A stretch of 64,000 nucleotides of DNA from Octopus vulgaris (taxonomy: Eukaryota): positions 174,468,001-174,532,000 of the forward strand of contig OX597815.1 of assembly GCA_951406725.2 (NCBI GenBank), read 5' to 3'. Numbering within the stretch: the stretch's first letter is position 1; every line of letters begins with the position of its first letter. This document shows, in pieces, positions 50,601 to 64,000 of this stretch. The position numbers and the translations under genes were made by a program. Under the pieces are notes generated by a model, which did not search any database, was not told the DNA's origin, and worked only from the letters and a program-made list of their open reading frames with translations.

Positions 50601-53083
50601 GTAGCAGAGCCAGGTGGAGGATACAGCATATCAGTGTACAAATGATTGTAGAATGCTAGAGAGTGATTTTTGCCTGATCAGTTGTTGTGTTTTTTGTTTT
50701 TGGAATTTTTTTTTTTTTTTTTTGTGAGGGACTTGAACTACTTATTTATATGTATAGCTGTTACTTTGCCCCAGATACATATGCATTACTCTTGTGCGAA
50801 CTGCACATGTGCCTCGTATAAGGTTATTAATTGTTCAGAGATGGAGTAGATTCAGGCTTTAATGAAAAGGATTAACATGGAGGTGGAGTTTTGGCTATAT
50901 TTCAGATGTGTGGTTGCCATGTGAAGTCATCAGAGATTCTGAGTCTAAGCATTTTTAAGGTTTAAATATGAATGGTTTATGAGTAGAATGTAGCTTTGGA
51001 GATAGCTCCCTTAATTGATATGAGATTCAGTAATATTGTTGAAGGAGACTAGGTTATTTTATTCCCATTGCAGAATGGTTTCAAGTTTTTTGATAAAAGA
51101 AGTAGTATATGTCTTACAGGAGAAAGCTAGATTATATAGAGCTGAAGCCTTGTGGGAATCTACACTGGAGTTATTGTTGTTTAGCACCAGATTGGTCCTG
51201 GCTCAGTTGTGATCATCCAGCTTTTTCCGGCTATTTATTCTAGGCTACATTATCCAATATGTTCTTTTTCTTATTAAAGATGGTTAATGTGATTTTCAAG
51301 AGATTTGGCTTCTATTGTTAGCAGACCAACTAACCACATAGAGCTTTTACATTAGCTTGTTTGCACTGTAGTTTGTTTGGCTGGAAGTAAGAACAGGTAG
51401 GTCAATCATGCAGAGAAAGAAAAAATTAAAGGCTATTATTGGACTTGAGTCCAACAGAGATAACCAAATGTGGTTTAGAGAAAGCCCAATCAACACATGC
51501 TGTTGACTAACACAAAAGATAAGTGGAACAATTTTTCTTAGACTTCTTATGCCAGAAACTACTGAAGGGTGTACTGCTGTCTTTGTTCAATATTGTTTAT
51601 TACATCTCATTCTGCTGAAAGTAGCATCTGTGATTGTTTCACTTCCTTCGTGTATGTATGTGTGTGTGTGCGTGTGCATGCATGCACGTGCACGCATCTG
51701 TATGGCTAAGTTTCTAAATATGTTCTAAACAGTTGTTTTATATTTACATTTGATGTATCTGATATAAATATGTGGATGTGGATATATCTAGACAATCTAA
51801 GAAGAAGCAACACTTTCATATATTTGTAAGCATAGAGAAGGTATTTAGCACAGTTCTGCATTCTATTTGTATTCCAATGGACAGTGACAAAATTACATGT
51901 GGAAGAACATCTTGTCAAAACTGTTCATGCAACTGTTAGAATTATGATGAGACTATTTAGCATATGGTTAAGTATCTAGCAAGAATTTATCTTTGTTCCT
52001 TTTTTAGAAAATCACACCAGACTTCAGTCCTGGATGCTTATCAAAACCTCAGTTTACACCTTCATTTTAATTGCAAAAATTTGTTGCAACGCTTCAGAAT
52101 TCCTGACTGCTAGGAGTAATTTTCAAAAAAAGAAAAAAACTCTTAAGGGGGAGGAAACCAAAATAAAGGTGCTAACTATGAGACAAAAACATGCTTAAGA
52201 AATAGGAAGACAGTATGCAGGAACTCCATGTTGTGTGGAAACAATTGATATATGCTGACAGACAAAGAACTATCATTTTAGTTTTATCACATTCACTTCA
52301 TGCAGACATGAATTGAAGAATAGGAACTTCTTGACTATGATGTTATGCACATCCATTATCTTTCTAGCTTTCAACAAAAATTCTCTTATAAATGGTTTTT
52401 AGTACTGTTACTTTATGGATTTCTTTTTCTTTTCTCATTATACATCCAATGGGCTGTACAAGCTATTGTAGTTTTTCCATTACTATTGTCCATAATTCAT
52501 TGTAAAACACTACACTTTTGACATATATGTCATAACTTTCTTCTCAGGAAAATTCCTTGTAACCACTTCTTTCTATCTCCTACTTTTGTTAAACAATTAC
52601 TGCAGTCTATATTTAGTTCCTAGGCCAGGGCTAAATATTCTAGAAATTTAGTTCATTTAAGTATGAACTAAAGCAAACATTACTTATGAACCCAAATGCA
52701 TTATTATTGTTTACATAGAATAATTCAAAGAGCTAAGCTTATGTGGTTTTTATTTCTATTATTATTTTTTTTATTGTACAGTATGATTTTTGTTAGTGCC
52801 TTTTTTTTCCTTCATGCAAACTGTCATGGCTCTACAAAAGGCCTTAGTTTTAAAGAGAACAGGTCTTGGAGCATTCACATGTCTCCTTTGACCTCTGACC
52901 ATTCCAGATGGTATGATAGTTTCTTTTGTTTTTTTAATTAGTTGTAATGTTCTGATGTTAATTGGTATAACTTTCACTTTTGTTGCTGGGCATCTCATAA
53001 TCATGATATTTCTACTTTTGATTTAGCACTTTTCATGACCTTTTCAAATTCTTTGTCGGCAATGTTTTTGTCTGAAGGAATTC

Positions 53084-53112
<29 letters not shown>

Positions 53113-53117
<5 letters not shown>

Positions 53118-53506
53118 TCCGCCAAGGAAGGAGGTTATGTTTTCATCAGCGTTGGTTTGTCCGTCTGTGTGAAAAATAACTCAAAAAGTTGTGAACGGTA
53201 TTTGATGAAACTTGCAGAAAAAGTTGGTAATGACACAAGGAACAGATGATGAAATTTTGGTAGTGATCTGGGAATTTTTATGGATTCTTGAAGGATTTTT
53301 CCTTTTGTTATATTTACTTTACATGAAGTATTACAATGTTGCGTTCTTTGATTATCTACCTTGAAAACACGTTCGTTGTTTCACATAACCTATGGTGGCG
53401 TTGCTGTTTTCAAAGTTTATTTTTGTTTCTCTATTAGTAATTTTACTCGCATATCTATCTTAAAATGAGCTTGGCGGAGGTCTGCGCTCTCTGAATGCTT
53501 TTCTAG
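53113..53506 (+). mobile_element. Helentron-associated (HINE/DINE-1-like) non-autonomous element
   Basis: Subterminal inverted repeats ACCTCCGCCAAG (53115) / CTTGGCGGAGGT (53470), 3' stem-loop, CTAG end, (GTCY)n tract; inserted in (TAT)n. Confidence 0.8.
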
Positions 53507-56174
53507 CTATTATTATTATTATTTTGTTGTTGTGTGTGTGAGGGCACATGGCCTAGTCGTTAGGGTGTTGCACTTACAATTTCAAGATTGTGGTTTCAAT
53601 TCCTAGACTGGGTGATGTGTTGTGTTCTTGAGCAAAACACTTCATCTCACATTGCTCTGCAATCACTGTGACACCTGACGCATGGTATACCGTGCACTTG
53701 TTCGGACGATGACAATTTGATGGATAGATTGAGCTCATGTGTGGGACGAACATTTGATCATTATAAACAAATCATTTGTGTACGTTGTTCAGCAAAAGCT
53801 GATCGCTCATATGTCGTCTTCAATGGGAAAGTCCATCATCATCAGTAGTAGTGGTGGTAGTAGTAGTAATAGCAGCAGCAGCAGCAGGAAGAGGAGAAGC
53901 TGCAACAGTAATAGTAGTTGTAGTATTTACATCATTGTTGCTTTGTTTTATATGCTAATCATAAATATTGTCCATTGTTCCTGGGTTGATAAAATAAAGT
54001 ATCAATTTTATATCTGTGGTCTTTTGCCCATATTAGAAATCAGTATTAGAAGGGTAGCAAATTGGTTGAATTGGTTTGGTAACTTGTCTTTTTGTTTTTG
54101 TTTTTGTTTTTTTACTTGGTAATGTCCTTTTACATCTTTACATTCTGATTTCAGTCCTTTAGCATTCAGATTACTCTGCAAAATATTCATTTATTCACAT
54201 TGTTTTGAATTTATCAGGCATTATCTCAAGCCTTCAAGATTTCAAAGAAATGATTTTATACTATTTGAATGACATTGTAGAGTAGGTATGAGAGGCCAAA
54301 TCTAGTCAGTTTGAACATAAGGCAGATAGATTATTTGGGCTAGATATGGCTGGTTTAAATGTTAATGGGTTAAATGCTACTAAATCAACTTAGCATTTCA
54401 TGTTTCTAGTGTCTATAAAATAAAGACCCTGTCAAGTGGGTTTATTTCATCAAATAGCCCCTCCCCTCAAATTTTTGACCATGTGCCTATCTTAGAAATT
54501 ATTGTTATTGTTATACATCTATGAAAATGTTTTATGCTGTTCATTTTTGCATGTCGATGTTTTGCTAATAAAATATTCAAGAACTAGTTTACATGGAATC
54601 TACTGTGGCCTCGTTGACATCATAACAAGAAAGTTCCCAAGTGCTGAAATGAATGAATAAACACTAAAAAAATAGAGCATGAGCCAATTTCATTGCTTTA
54701 CTGACATATTTCTATATGTGTATCATTAGGAACCAATTATTAACTAAATAATTGGTTACTACACTATTTTCCAATAACCATTTCAACATTGCTTATCAGT
54801 ATATCATTCAATGAGCAGCTGCTTACAAAAGATGTCATCAAAAACCTAGCCTTCATTTCTGCTTGCTTAGGAACATCTCAAATTCATATATATTCAAATA
54901 AAGAGCAAGAATTTCCACATATATAGAAGTGCCTAAATAGGACTGAATGTTAGAATTAATCTCTTGAAAGGTATTTTAATAAACTACTAATTAGGCTGAT
55001 AGAACTAATTTTTTTCTATCTCAATATGAAAAAACAAAGAGCTTAACTAAAACTTATTTCAAGGACAAAGGGCAACTCCAAATATTAACAAAGTGGAGTA
55101 TGTGAGAAATAATGTTTGTAGTACTTATTCTGTGTCATATTGAACCTGTGCAATATGATTCCATGAGCAAATTTCTCAGAAAACTATCAGTCATTTCTCT
55201 CAGGTTTCTCCACATTCCTACACTTCTTTATAACATATTTTTCTTCTTGGATTTACTCCAAGCTACAAATTATTTCATATCTCATATTATATTTTTCAGT
55301 AGTCTTCATTAAGGTTCAGTTTTTTTGTTAGTCTCCTCACTATTTACAAAATTAACAATTTTTCGGAAATGAACAGAACTCAATCATAGTTTCATTTCCT
55401 ATAATTTCTTGTAATTGCCAACTGGCAGCAAACTAACTTTTATTGTAGCAGTGAATTCAGTATGTTATATTAAAAATAATATATTCTCATTCATTTATAT
55501 TCTTCCAGAAAAATTATAAATCACTGCAAATCTCTAAAGATATTTTGAAGGAATTATCATGGCACTCATTTTATAAAATTATTCTGAATTGAACATTGTG
55601 AGTGCAACAAATTTTACGTACAATATTTTTTATTCTTTGAACGTGTAGCCTTCTTTATATGTATTTTTAAACTATGTCCTGTAACTTAGGCTACATTGAA
55701 TTTTAATGAATAATACTTATATTTTGCTTTGGTTGTTAGTAATTATTTTTACAGAGTTAGTTGAACAGAACTGTTCTAAGTGAATGCATATTTCAGAAAA
55801 TTTTCGAGATTTTCCTTTTAGCATCCTGAATGTTTCTTTCAAGCAGACAGGATATACCATCTTGATAAATTAGGTATTTCTGCTCACAAAATGAATGCTC
55901 CTTTCTTATACTTTGAATATTTCCTGAAGATTACTTTGAAATATTAGGTAACAATATCTACAACATTTCTCTGTTAAAATAATAAATATCGAAACCAGTT
56001 TAATTTCATTAATATAAGACTTTTTTTTTTGTAAGTACATACTGTTTTAAAGATGTAACACAGTAAACAAAAAAAATAATGTTCTATATTTTAGGTATTA
56101 TTTGATACTTATGACTAACATTTATAAGAGGATTGTAGATCATATCACAAAATGCATTGATTACCATTTAACAT

Positions 56175-56650
56175 CTGAAGCAGCATGGATGTGTGGTAAG
56201 AAGTTTGCTTCCCAACCACATGATTCCAGGTTCATTCCCACTGCCTGACACCTTGAGCAAGTATCTTCTATAATCCTGGGTCAACCAAACCCTTTTAAGT
56301 GGATTTGGTCCATGGAAACTGAAAGAATCTGTTGTGTGTGTGTGTTCATGCACATGTATGTATGGGTGTGAGTGTGTATGTTACTGTCTCCTTGCCTTGT
56401 CATCATATGATAATTGTAAACAACTGTCATCATCATGCAAGCAGCACTCTTTGTTTTCAAACTTCCACAAAACCATATCTGGTCATGAGGGAAATATTGC
56501 CTTAGTTAGAAACAGGTGATAGTTGGTGACAGGAAGAGCATCTGACTCTAGAAAAGCCACATCATATCCCAACCAACTCATTCACTTCCATTCTTGCATG
56601 GGCTGGGCAGAATACATTGAGATAGATGTTAAAATGACAACGACAATGAC
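56175..56650 (+). mobile_element. Degenerate SINE: CORE-type head with RTE-type tail
   Basis: TGTGTGGTAAGAAGTTTGCTTCCCAACCAC..CCTTGAGCAAGT, then GACAGGAAGAGCATC..GATGTTAAAATGAC. Confidence 0.7.
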
Positions 56651-58958
56651 ATCAACTTTAACTGTGTTAGAGAAATGTTTCTAAAAGTACATAAATATTT
56701 CCAGTCTTGAATCCTCAATTGATGCCAGATGTCTCAATTTGTTAAAGTATACTATTGCAAATAGATAATATCTTGTCTTATTCCACTACATTATAAAGCA
56801 ACTAATAACCCTGCTTCATATCTGACCTCAGTAACCAAGTCCTCTTTCTTTAAGTTTTTTAATACACTGTTAGTTATCTACATGCTATTGAAAATTTTTC
56901 ATGGAATTCCTTAATTTTCATCTCTGTTAAATAATTTTAAAGAGCTGTTAAGTCTGTAGAAATAATTCTACTAGAGAATTTGCTCTTTGCTAACCGCAGT
57001 TGAATCTATCTTTGCATTGTTAATCTAATATTTGCTGACAGCAAAATTATTAAGAAAGTTTTTATTTATTATTTACTTATTTTTGTGACTTAGTGGTGAA
57101 AGAGCAGTGTCTATGAACTTTTTATAGGTCCTCTAAGACTGGTGGATGGAAAGTGGAAAAGAAAAATCACAACATAGGGATTGTTGTAATAGGAAGCAGC
57201 TCACCAAGAAATCAAGTCATTTTTCCTTAGACAGGTCACTTGGTATAATTGCTAACAAGTGAATGGACTTTGCTGCAGGCACCCCAGGATCAGGTAATGA
57301 TCTTAACCAAATGATGGATTAAGTCTACTATCCAAGAACAGGTATAGTCCTTCTAAAGGGTCCACACAACTTCCATTTATTTGGGACCATGTGTTTTTGA
57401 AGCAAACCTGTTAATCATATTGCTATGTCTATCGCAATATGGCAGTAAATGGTTTAAGTTTTTTGTATTGAATCCAGTTAGTTATTGTGGAATTTAGAAA
57501 TATGATTTTGTCTCTTGTGTGCATTTCTGACCTTCCTGTATCTTTCATTCATTGAAGATCATCAATGAAAATTGTACTCTCAATCTATTTATGATATGTA
57601 TCTAGCAGTTAACATTTGTTATATTTTATTACATTTATTGTAATACTAGGAATTCGCAATTAGTCTTCAGTTAGGCTTCCACTTTGTGTGTATTCCACAT
57701 TTATTTTATATTATGTCATATAATCATTGATTATATTAATCAAAGTATAAATCTTGGGTAGCCATCAGAATATTGGATAAGATACCTTTGCTATTTGTTG
57801 TGTCTGTTCCAGCTCACTGTTCTAGTAGCAGTTTTTTTCAATGACACTTGTGTCAAGCTGTGTCAGCCCATGTTGGTGACCTTTCCTTTGGATAAGGAGA
57901 TGGGAGACTTGCATGCATGAGCAACTGTCAGTTCTCCTCACTAAAAATATCTTACCCAGGCCTATGCATACATGTGCAGATGCATGATCAACCTCAACTG
58001 ATATAACCCACACACACACATACACATCTCAGCCAATAAAAATAATATTTATAAATTCTTGCATATGAATGCATGTGATTATTTTACCGTTTGATCTTTT
58101 GTTAGCAAATTAAAGGTTGCCCAGTTTCACTTCTGTAAACAGCAAATTATTTTCATTATCAATTTTGCATTCTTTTTTCACCAGCATGATCTAACTATAA
58201 ACCTAGTTTTCTAACTGTGTAAGTTGTACGTCATTAAGTCTTTATTTATTTATTTATTTATTTATTTACTTGTAATTATAGAAGGTAGACAAAGTGAAAA
58301 TGGCTTCTATTATTCAACAATTAAAATTTAGTTGCAATAGTGTGTAGCAATGTCATTATTTTCTGTTGCAGTCTTTCAATTTGTTCAGAGGAGCTAAATT
58401 AAATTTTACATACTATCTTGTTCATCTTCCCAGACAACTTACGAAAGACTAATAATGGTGGGGGTGGTAATGATAGTTGCAATGGACGTGGTGATGGTAG
58501 GGAAGGTGTTAGTCATAGTTGCTGTGGAGGTAAACAGTGGTGGGGATGAGAGTATAGTGGCGATGGTGGAGATAATACTAGTAGTTGTAGTCACAGCAGC
58601 TGCCAAAACTTTAAGTGATACAAAAGATGAGTTCGTACCTTTTATATGAGCCAAGCAGTTCCCAGACATTACAAACATTCCTGTTTTCATACCACATATT
58701 ATATCCTTAGCTCCCTACCACCACACAAGGTTCATATTTTCTTCACACATATCTAATATTCTTTACTATTTATGTAAATGTAACTCAGTCAATTTCAAAA
58801 TTCTTAACTTGTTTTGCTTTTAGTTTTCAACTGACTTAAATTTATTTTACCCCATTGGTTAAAATTTTAAAAAAATGAAACTGGAATGAAAACTAAAAAA
58901 AAAATAACCATTGTAATGCTGCAAAAATTATAGTTAGGTTAATAATTTAAAAGAAGCC

Positions 58959-59005
58959 CTAATTTTTAAGAAACCATTAAGAAACAATGGTTTCTTAAAA
59001 ATTAG
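58959..59005. repeat. Perfect 20-bp-arm hairpin
   Basis: CTAATTTTTAAGAAACCATT-aagaaac-AATGGTTTCTTAAAAATTAG. Confidence 0.9.
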
Positions 59006-59219
59006 TATATAAAATTATACTGACAGGATTTTTTGCTGTGTATTTGTAATTGAGAAAATAACTTTGTATAATTTTCTTATTTCATCAAGTATGTAATAAA
59101 TCTCAGAAATTGTTGATACCAGTAGTATTAGTTACTATACACTGACATGCGACAGTCCTATTCAGATAGACTGGTTTTCTATGCTTTAGAATCTAAAACT
59201 CTCATAACTATTTTTTTTT

Positions 59220-59740
59220 GTCTTTTACTTGTTTCAGTCATTAGACTGCAGGCATGCTGGGGCAGTACCTTGAAGGGTTTCAGTTGAACAAATTGATCCT
59301 AGTACTAACTTTGAAATCTAGTACTTATTCTTACAGTTTCTTTTTGCCAAGCTGCTAAGTTACAGGAGCATTAAAAAAACCAACACTGGTTGTCAAGTTG
59401 TGATGAGTTACGAATACAAACACAAAGATACACACAGGTTCCAGTCTGATTTGGAACCTTGTGCAGCTCTCCTGCTTGCCACCTCTGGTCAAACCATTCA
59501 ACCCATGCCAGCATTAAAGGAGGAGAATACATGTATGTGTGTATCTGTCTGTGTGTCTTTGTGTTTGTCCCTCCCCACCATGACAGGCTTCTTTCAGTTT
59601 CCATCTCCAAATCCATCCACACAGCTTTGGTCAGCCTAGGGCTATATTTAGGGTTAGTGTTAGGTGCCACCTACTGGAAACTGAACCTAGAACCTTGTAA
59701 TTAGGAAACAACTTCTTACCATGCAGTCACATCTGTACCT
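59220..59740 (-). mobile_element. CORE-type SINE with an oppositely oriented RTE-tail piece (about 59437-59520)
   Basis: Colinear with 8583-8978 but interrupted by GGAACCTTGTGCAGC..AACCCATGCCAGCAT. Confidence 0.7.
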
Positions 59741-60493
59741 ATAGAGAGAAGTTTATAAATTTGGAGTCTAGCTTAAAACATAATTCTCTTCTTCTCACAG
59801 GATATGAACTTATCAACCAAATTTGCAAACTTCACAAAATAATTTCTGCCAATGCAGACTCCAGCTTGTTTTTTCAAACTTTGTTTATTTACAATGGTTT
59901 CAATTCTTTATAAGCCTACTGGCTATTGGCAACACCAGTGCTTGAATAAGCCCTGTGATTCTATGTATATCACTAGCAGAGCAGTCACTGCTATTTCCAA
60001 TGGTCAGGCATCTACCATTGACAAGGCCAAGGAAGGCCAAAATCACATGATCTGATGGTTCTGGCTGCAGCAATGGCAATGATTATCTACCACTAGCAAT
60101 ATAAACTAGAGTGCTTATATGTATCACAAAACCATATGAGAGGTTTTAATACAACATCCACTTTTAAGTGGTGATAAATATTACTTTTTGGTGTTAATAC
60201 TACTTCTGTCACTCTAATTATATTTTGAGATTTTTAAGTTATAGAAATAGAATGGTAGTTTGCTGGATCAGTGAAGTTGCCCTTCTTGAGAATGAGATAT
60301 GCAAAAGTGTATATCCATAGAAAATAAGAACTCCTTCCAACCCTGTTGAAATTATTATATTCCTTGTTACTTCTATAACTATTAAAAAACAATTCTTATT
60401 CCTATTTCTTATTGGAGCAAAGTTCAATAACATAATTAAGCATTTGAAATCAACAAATATTTTTATAAAAGTGTTTCCGCTAAAGATATAGAG

Positions 60494-60767
60494 CGGTAGT
60501 TCTTAGCTAGGGTCCATATGACCCTTCGAGAGGTGAGGTGGAGAGTGTCCATGTAAAGTTTTGTTTGTTAAAGTTTATGTGCAATAAATCAATTATACTT
60601 CTACAGTACTCAAAATATTTTAACATGTTTTTTATACAATTACTAATAATATTTAATTATGTAAATACAGTAAGATTTTTTTATATAAATCGAAATGCTA
60701 TGGAGGTCCAGTAGAATTAAGTAGGAATCAAAGGGACCCATAGGCAAAAATTGATTGAGAACCACTG
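60494..60767. mobile_element. hAT (Charlie-like) MITE with 8-bp TSD
   Basis: TIRs CGGTAGTTCTTAG / TTGAGAACCACTG; TSD ATATAGAG at 60486-60493 and 60768-60775. Confidence 0.85.
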
Positions 60768-62678
60768 ATATAGAGATTTTAACTATATATGTTCACAATT
60801 TCTCTTCTCAGGCCAATGACAAAACTATTTGATAGGTGAACCGGTTTAAAATAGCAGCCAAATCTACCTCAAAACACACTTGGTATCTTAGAAAAGAAAG
60901 GCTACACTGGACACCATAGTCTCAGTTGTTAAAAGAAGATGAAATGCATATGGTTTAAATCTCTTTGTCCATAACTTTGCTTGCTTAGAGTTGATCTGGG
61001 TCTAAACAACAGCATTCTAGAATTTCTAGCTTCCAACATTTCATATAGTAGCATCTCTTGACTGAAATGAAAATCAGAAAGCTAATTGACAAAGAAAATA
61101 AAGTTATTCACAATATTATGTCATTCACGTAGTATGCAGTAGTAACATGTTTCATACCATATTAGTTATATTCTCATATATTTGATGTTATGCTGTATTT
61201 TACTTTTATCATTATTTTATCTGATTACTTTGGCAAAGAGAATAAAATATTTGATGTAAAAGTACATATTTTTACAATTATCAGTTCAAAAATATTTTAT
61301 ATGACATTCCTTTGCAAGGGTGTATATTTAGTCACATGACAAATATCTTTACAGACATTGCCACTTAATATATTCACTTGCTTAAACTATAGAAACAAAA
61401 TAGTTTTGCATGTCATTTCATAATTGTTCAAGTAAGGTTGCTTGCAAACCTGTGTTTAACTCAATTATTTTTGTGTGCATTTCAAACAGAGGAATTTCTT
61501 GTATCTTTTAACAATTTTTTTCTTTACAGGTGTTATTTCTTTTATTATGGGTTAGCTACTGACTGACTGGTTGACTGCAATGTTCAGTTAAATCTTTCAA
61601 TTACTTCATACCTCCTTATCATCTCCATCATAAGCTGAAATAGTCCAGCCATTCATTCCTTCTAAAATAATGCAACTTTGACAGTCATTTTAATCTAACA
61701 CGTTGACGAGTTTATTTTTAAATTAATATATTTTTCTCTTATCCTCTAACACACTCTTATCCTCTAACATCCTCTCTCTCTCTTTTCTACTCTTCCTTTT
61801 ACATTAAAGTTCTATCCTATTTTTTTCTTTTATATATTTCATTTCTCTTCAAATGTAGAAAAGGCTGTTCTGTAGATATCTATCGTAACAATTCTACTCT
61901 TTCATTTCAGAACCAGTGGAATGCATTTTATCCTTCTTGATAACTCTTAGTCATTATACAAGTTTAGTATTTTGTTAATTCACTATATACATTTTACACC
62001 TATCCTATGTTCAAGGTGTGTGCATAGTCTACCTGGCTCTTACCCAAAGCCTTGTACAATTTATAGATATTGTCTTTTATGAGGTGACGATACCACTTAC
62101 ATCTAACATTTAACTTGAGTCATTACAAAAACTTTATCTAGCTTCTGCCTGCACCAGGCCTGGTGTTTTTCAAGAAAAATCTAGCACATATTTATTCCAA
62201 ATGGTTGGTTACTGACCAATTTCACCACTCTTAGTTATTTTCTGTAGCTTTCTAAAGGAACAACACTTGTGAAGAAGTGTTTGTATTTTAAATCAGAAAT
62301 CTACAAGAGAACTAAATGTAGAAAAGATCAGAACAGAACATCTAGACATGTAAATAGAATACTTTTAATCTCTTGCAGTAGGTATTTCCTATAGAAATAG
62401 GTATTTCCTATAGAAGGGGTTAATTGACTTTTGTAATTCTTTTCTTTTTTTTGCGTAGAATTTTCTGAGCATTTTCTGCATCAGAATTTCAGTAACACTG
62501 TTCTTTCTTTTGAATTTTAACTTTATTTTTGAACTATTTCAAGCTAACTATCAAGTTTATTATTTGTTGCATATATACACTGTAAGTAGTTGTACTATTC
62601 AAAATTATTACATTTGGAATAGTAGTGTGTGACAAGGCACCCTGAACTATCAACTTTTCATATAACAACAAATGTGTA

Positions 62679-62734
<56 letters not shown>

Positions 62735-62993
62735 TTTTGTTTTGCAACTATGGTAAGACACAGTATTGACTTATAAACCTGTACTATGGTGCATTGTTAG
62801 GTCATTTGTAGGATCAACAAAAAAAGTACTCCATCCAGTGAGAAATAATTATCATATAATATAAACAGGATTTAAATGCAAGGAATGATTGCCCAATAAT
62901 ACATGTCACATTATACAAGCTTTTCTGACTATTGTGTTATCTGATGCATGAAACCTATAGCAGCTCACATTAAATTTTGTATATACCAAGTGA

Positions 62994-63031
<38 letters not shown>

Positions 63032-63719
63032 TTTATCAACCATACTATTGGATGCACTGACAACAATGCAATTCCTCACATTATTTTATTTTAGCTTTCA
63101 AATGATGCCACTCTGTTGGCTAGGTGGGCAGACTTTATATATATATATATGAGAGAGAGAGAGAAAAGAAAAAGAGAAATGAAGTGCAAAAGGCAAAAGC
63201 TTTCTTTTGATATCAGTTATAATTCCATTTAAGGGTTGTTTTATGAAAATATGCTTTATTTATTTTTGTCTTATATTTTTAAACAAATAGTTTTATATAT
63301 CAGGGAAATAATTATTTGCTTTTACTGAAAAATGCTTTTAATATATAAAATTTGATGACTAGAACTACTTTTATAATAATATACCTGCTGTTTCTAACAC
63401 TTGTAGTAGGAAATAGATCTGACTGGCAGACTGTCAAGTCGGATGTTAGCAGTGGCTATTCATAAAATATCAGTTCACTTTTGTCTGACTTCAAATTTCC
63501 AAGATGGTAAAATCCTTACTTTGTTGACTTTTACAACAGTTGGAGTACTTATTGTATTTATGGTTTGCTGCACTTAGCCAAAAATAAATTAAAATGTTTC
63601 CTTCAAGGTTAATTTATTCTAAAGCACCTGAAGCCATTTATATACTTATTGAACTACATTTTAAATATATATTTAGGCTGATATGTTCACATGCTTGAGT
63701 GTGTTTTGATGTGAGAAGA

Positions 63720-63858
63720 TTGATTGCTGTGAAGGGCATCCAGCTGTAGAAACCATACCAAACCAGACAATGGAGCTTGGTGCTGCCTTCCAGCTTGCCA
63801 GCTCCTATCATACCATCCAGTCCATGGAAGCCAGATGTTAAATGATGATGATGATGAC
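63720..63858 (+). mobile_element. RTE-tail SINE 3' fragment
   Basis: GAAGGGCATCCAGCTGTAGAAACC..GATGTTAAAT(GAT)n. Confidence 0.8.
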
Positions 63859-63962
63859 TGAGGAAATATATTACTATGGTTCATCAGATCTACTGTTTCT
63901 TATAATGATGCTTAAACAGTCCTCTGTGTGTGTGTGTGTGTGTGAATGATTAAATGTCTATA

Positions 63963-64000
63963 AGGTGCAGGAATGGCTATGTGATTAAGAAGTTTGCTTC
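63963..64000 (+). mobile_element. Start of a CORE-type SINE (cut off by the window end)
   Basis: AGGTGCAGGAATGGCTATGTGATTAAGAAGTTTGCTTC matches the family head. Confidence 0.7.

Noticed and set aside
57231-57293. AG...GT-bounded candidate exon
   Set aside because: Stops in all three frames and no Ro60 similarity.
58439-58690. Thr-rich / Val-rich ORFs
   Set aside because: Degenerate (GGT/GAT)n low-complexity sequence.

Overview
AT-rich, repeat-dense eukaryotic genomic DNA. The SINE families and the (TA)n/(CA)n/(CAT)n microsatellites point to an octopus or another coleoid cephalopod; this is an inference. Two divergent housekeeping genes are each represented by one coding exon. V-ATPase subunit G exon 1 lies at 695-776 (-) with a CLEAR/M-box motif upstream. 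A Ro60/TROVE-family exon lies at 16149-16656 (+), and I found no further exon in the remaining 47 kb, which is probably one large intron. Between the genes is a decayed CRE-clade non-LTR retrotransposon (PHD, RT, CCHC, RLE endonuclease). Other elements are a DD37D mariner relic, a CR1-type LINE 3' end, two Helitron-like elements, a Helentron-like element, hAT and piggyBac-type MITEs and many SINEs. The most notable signal is a set of fold-back (inverted-repeat) elements, mostly beside (TA)n, that carry minimal type I hammerhead ribozymes of the Penelope type. These include apparent core variants (G3-C8, U4C) and an antisense-arm-first layout. Within the Ro60 intron the sense copies are damaged while the antisense copies are intact. 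Nearly all ORFs in the supplied track are spurious. Repeat boundaries are approximate.
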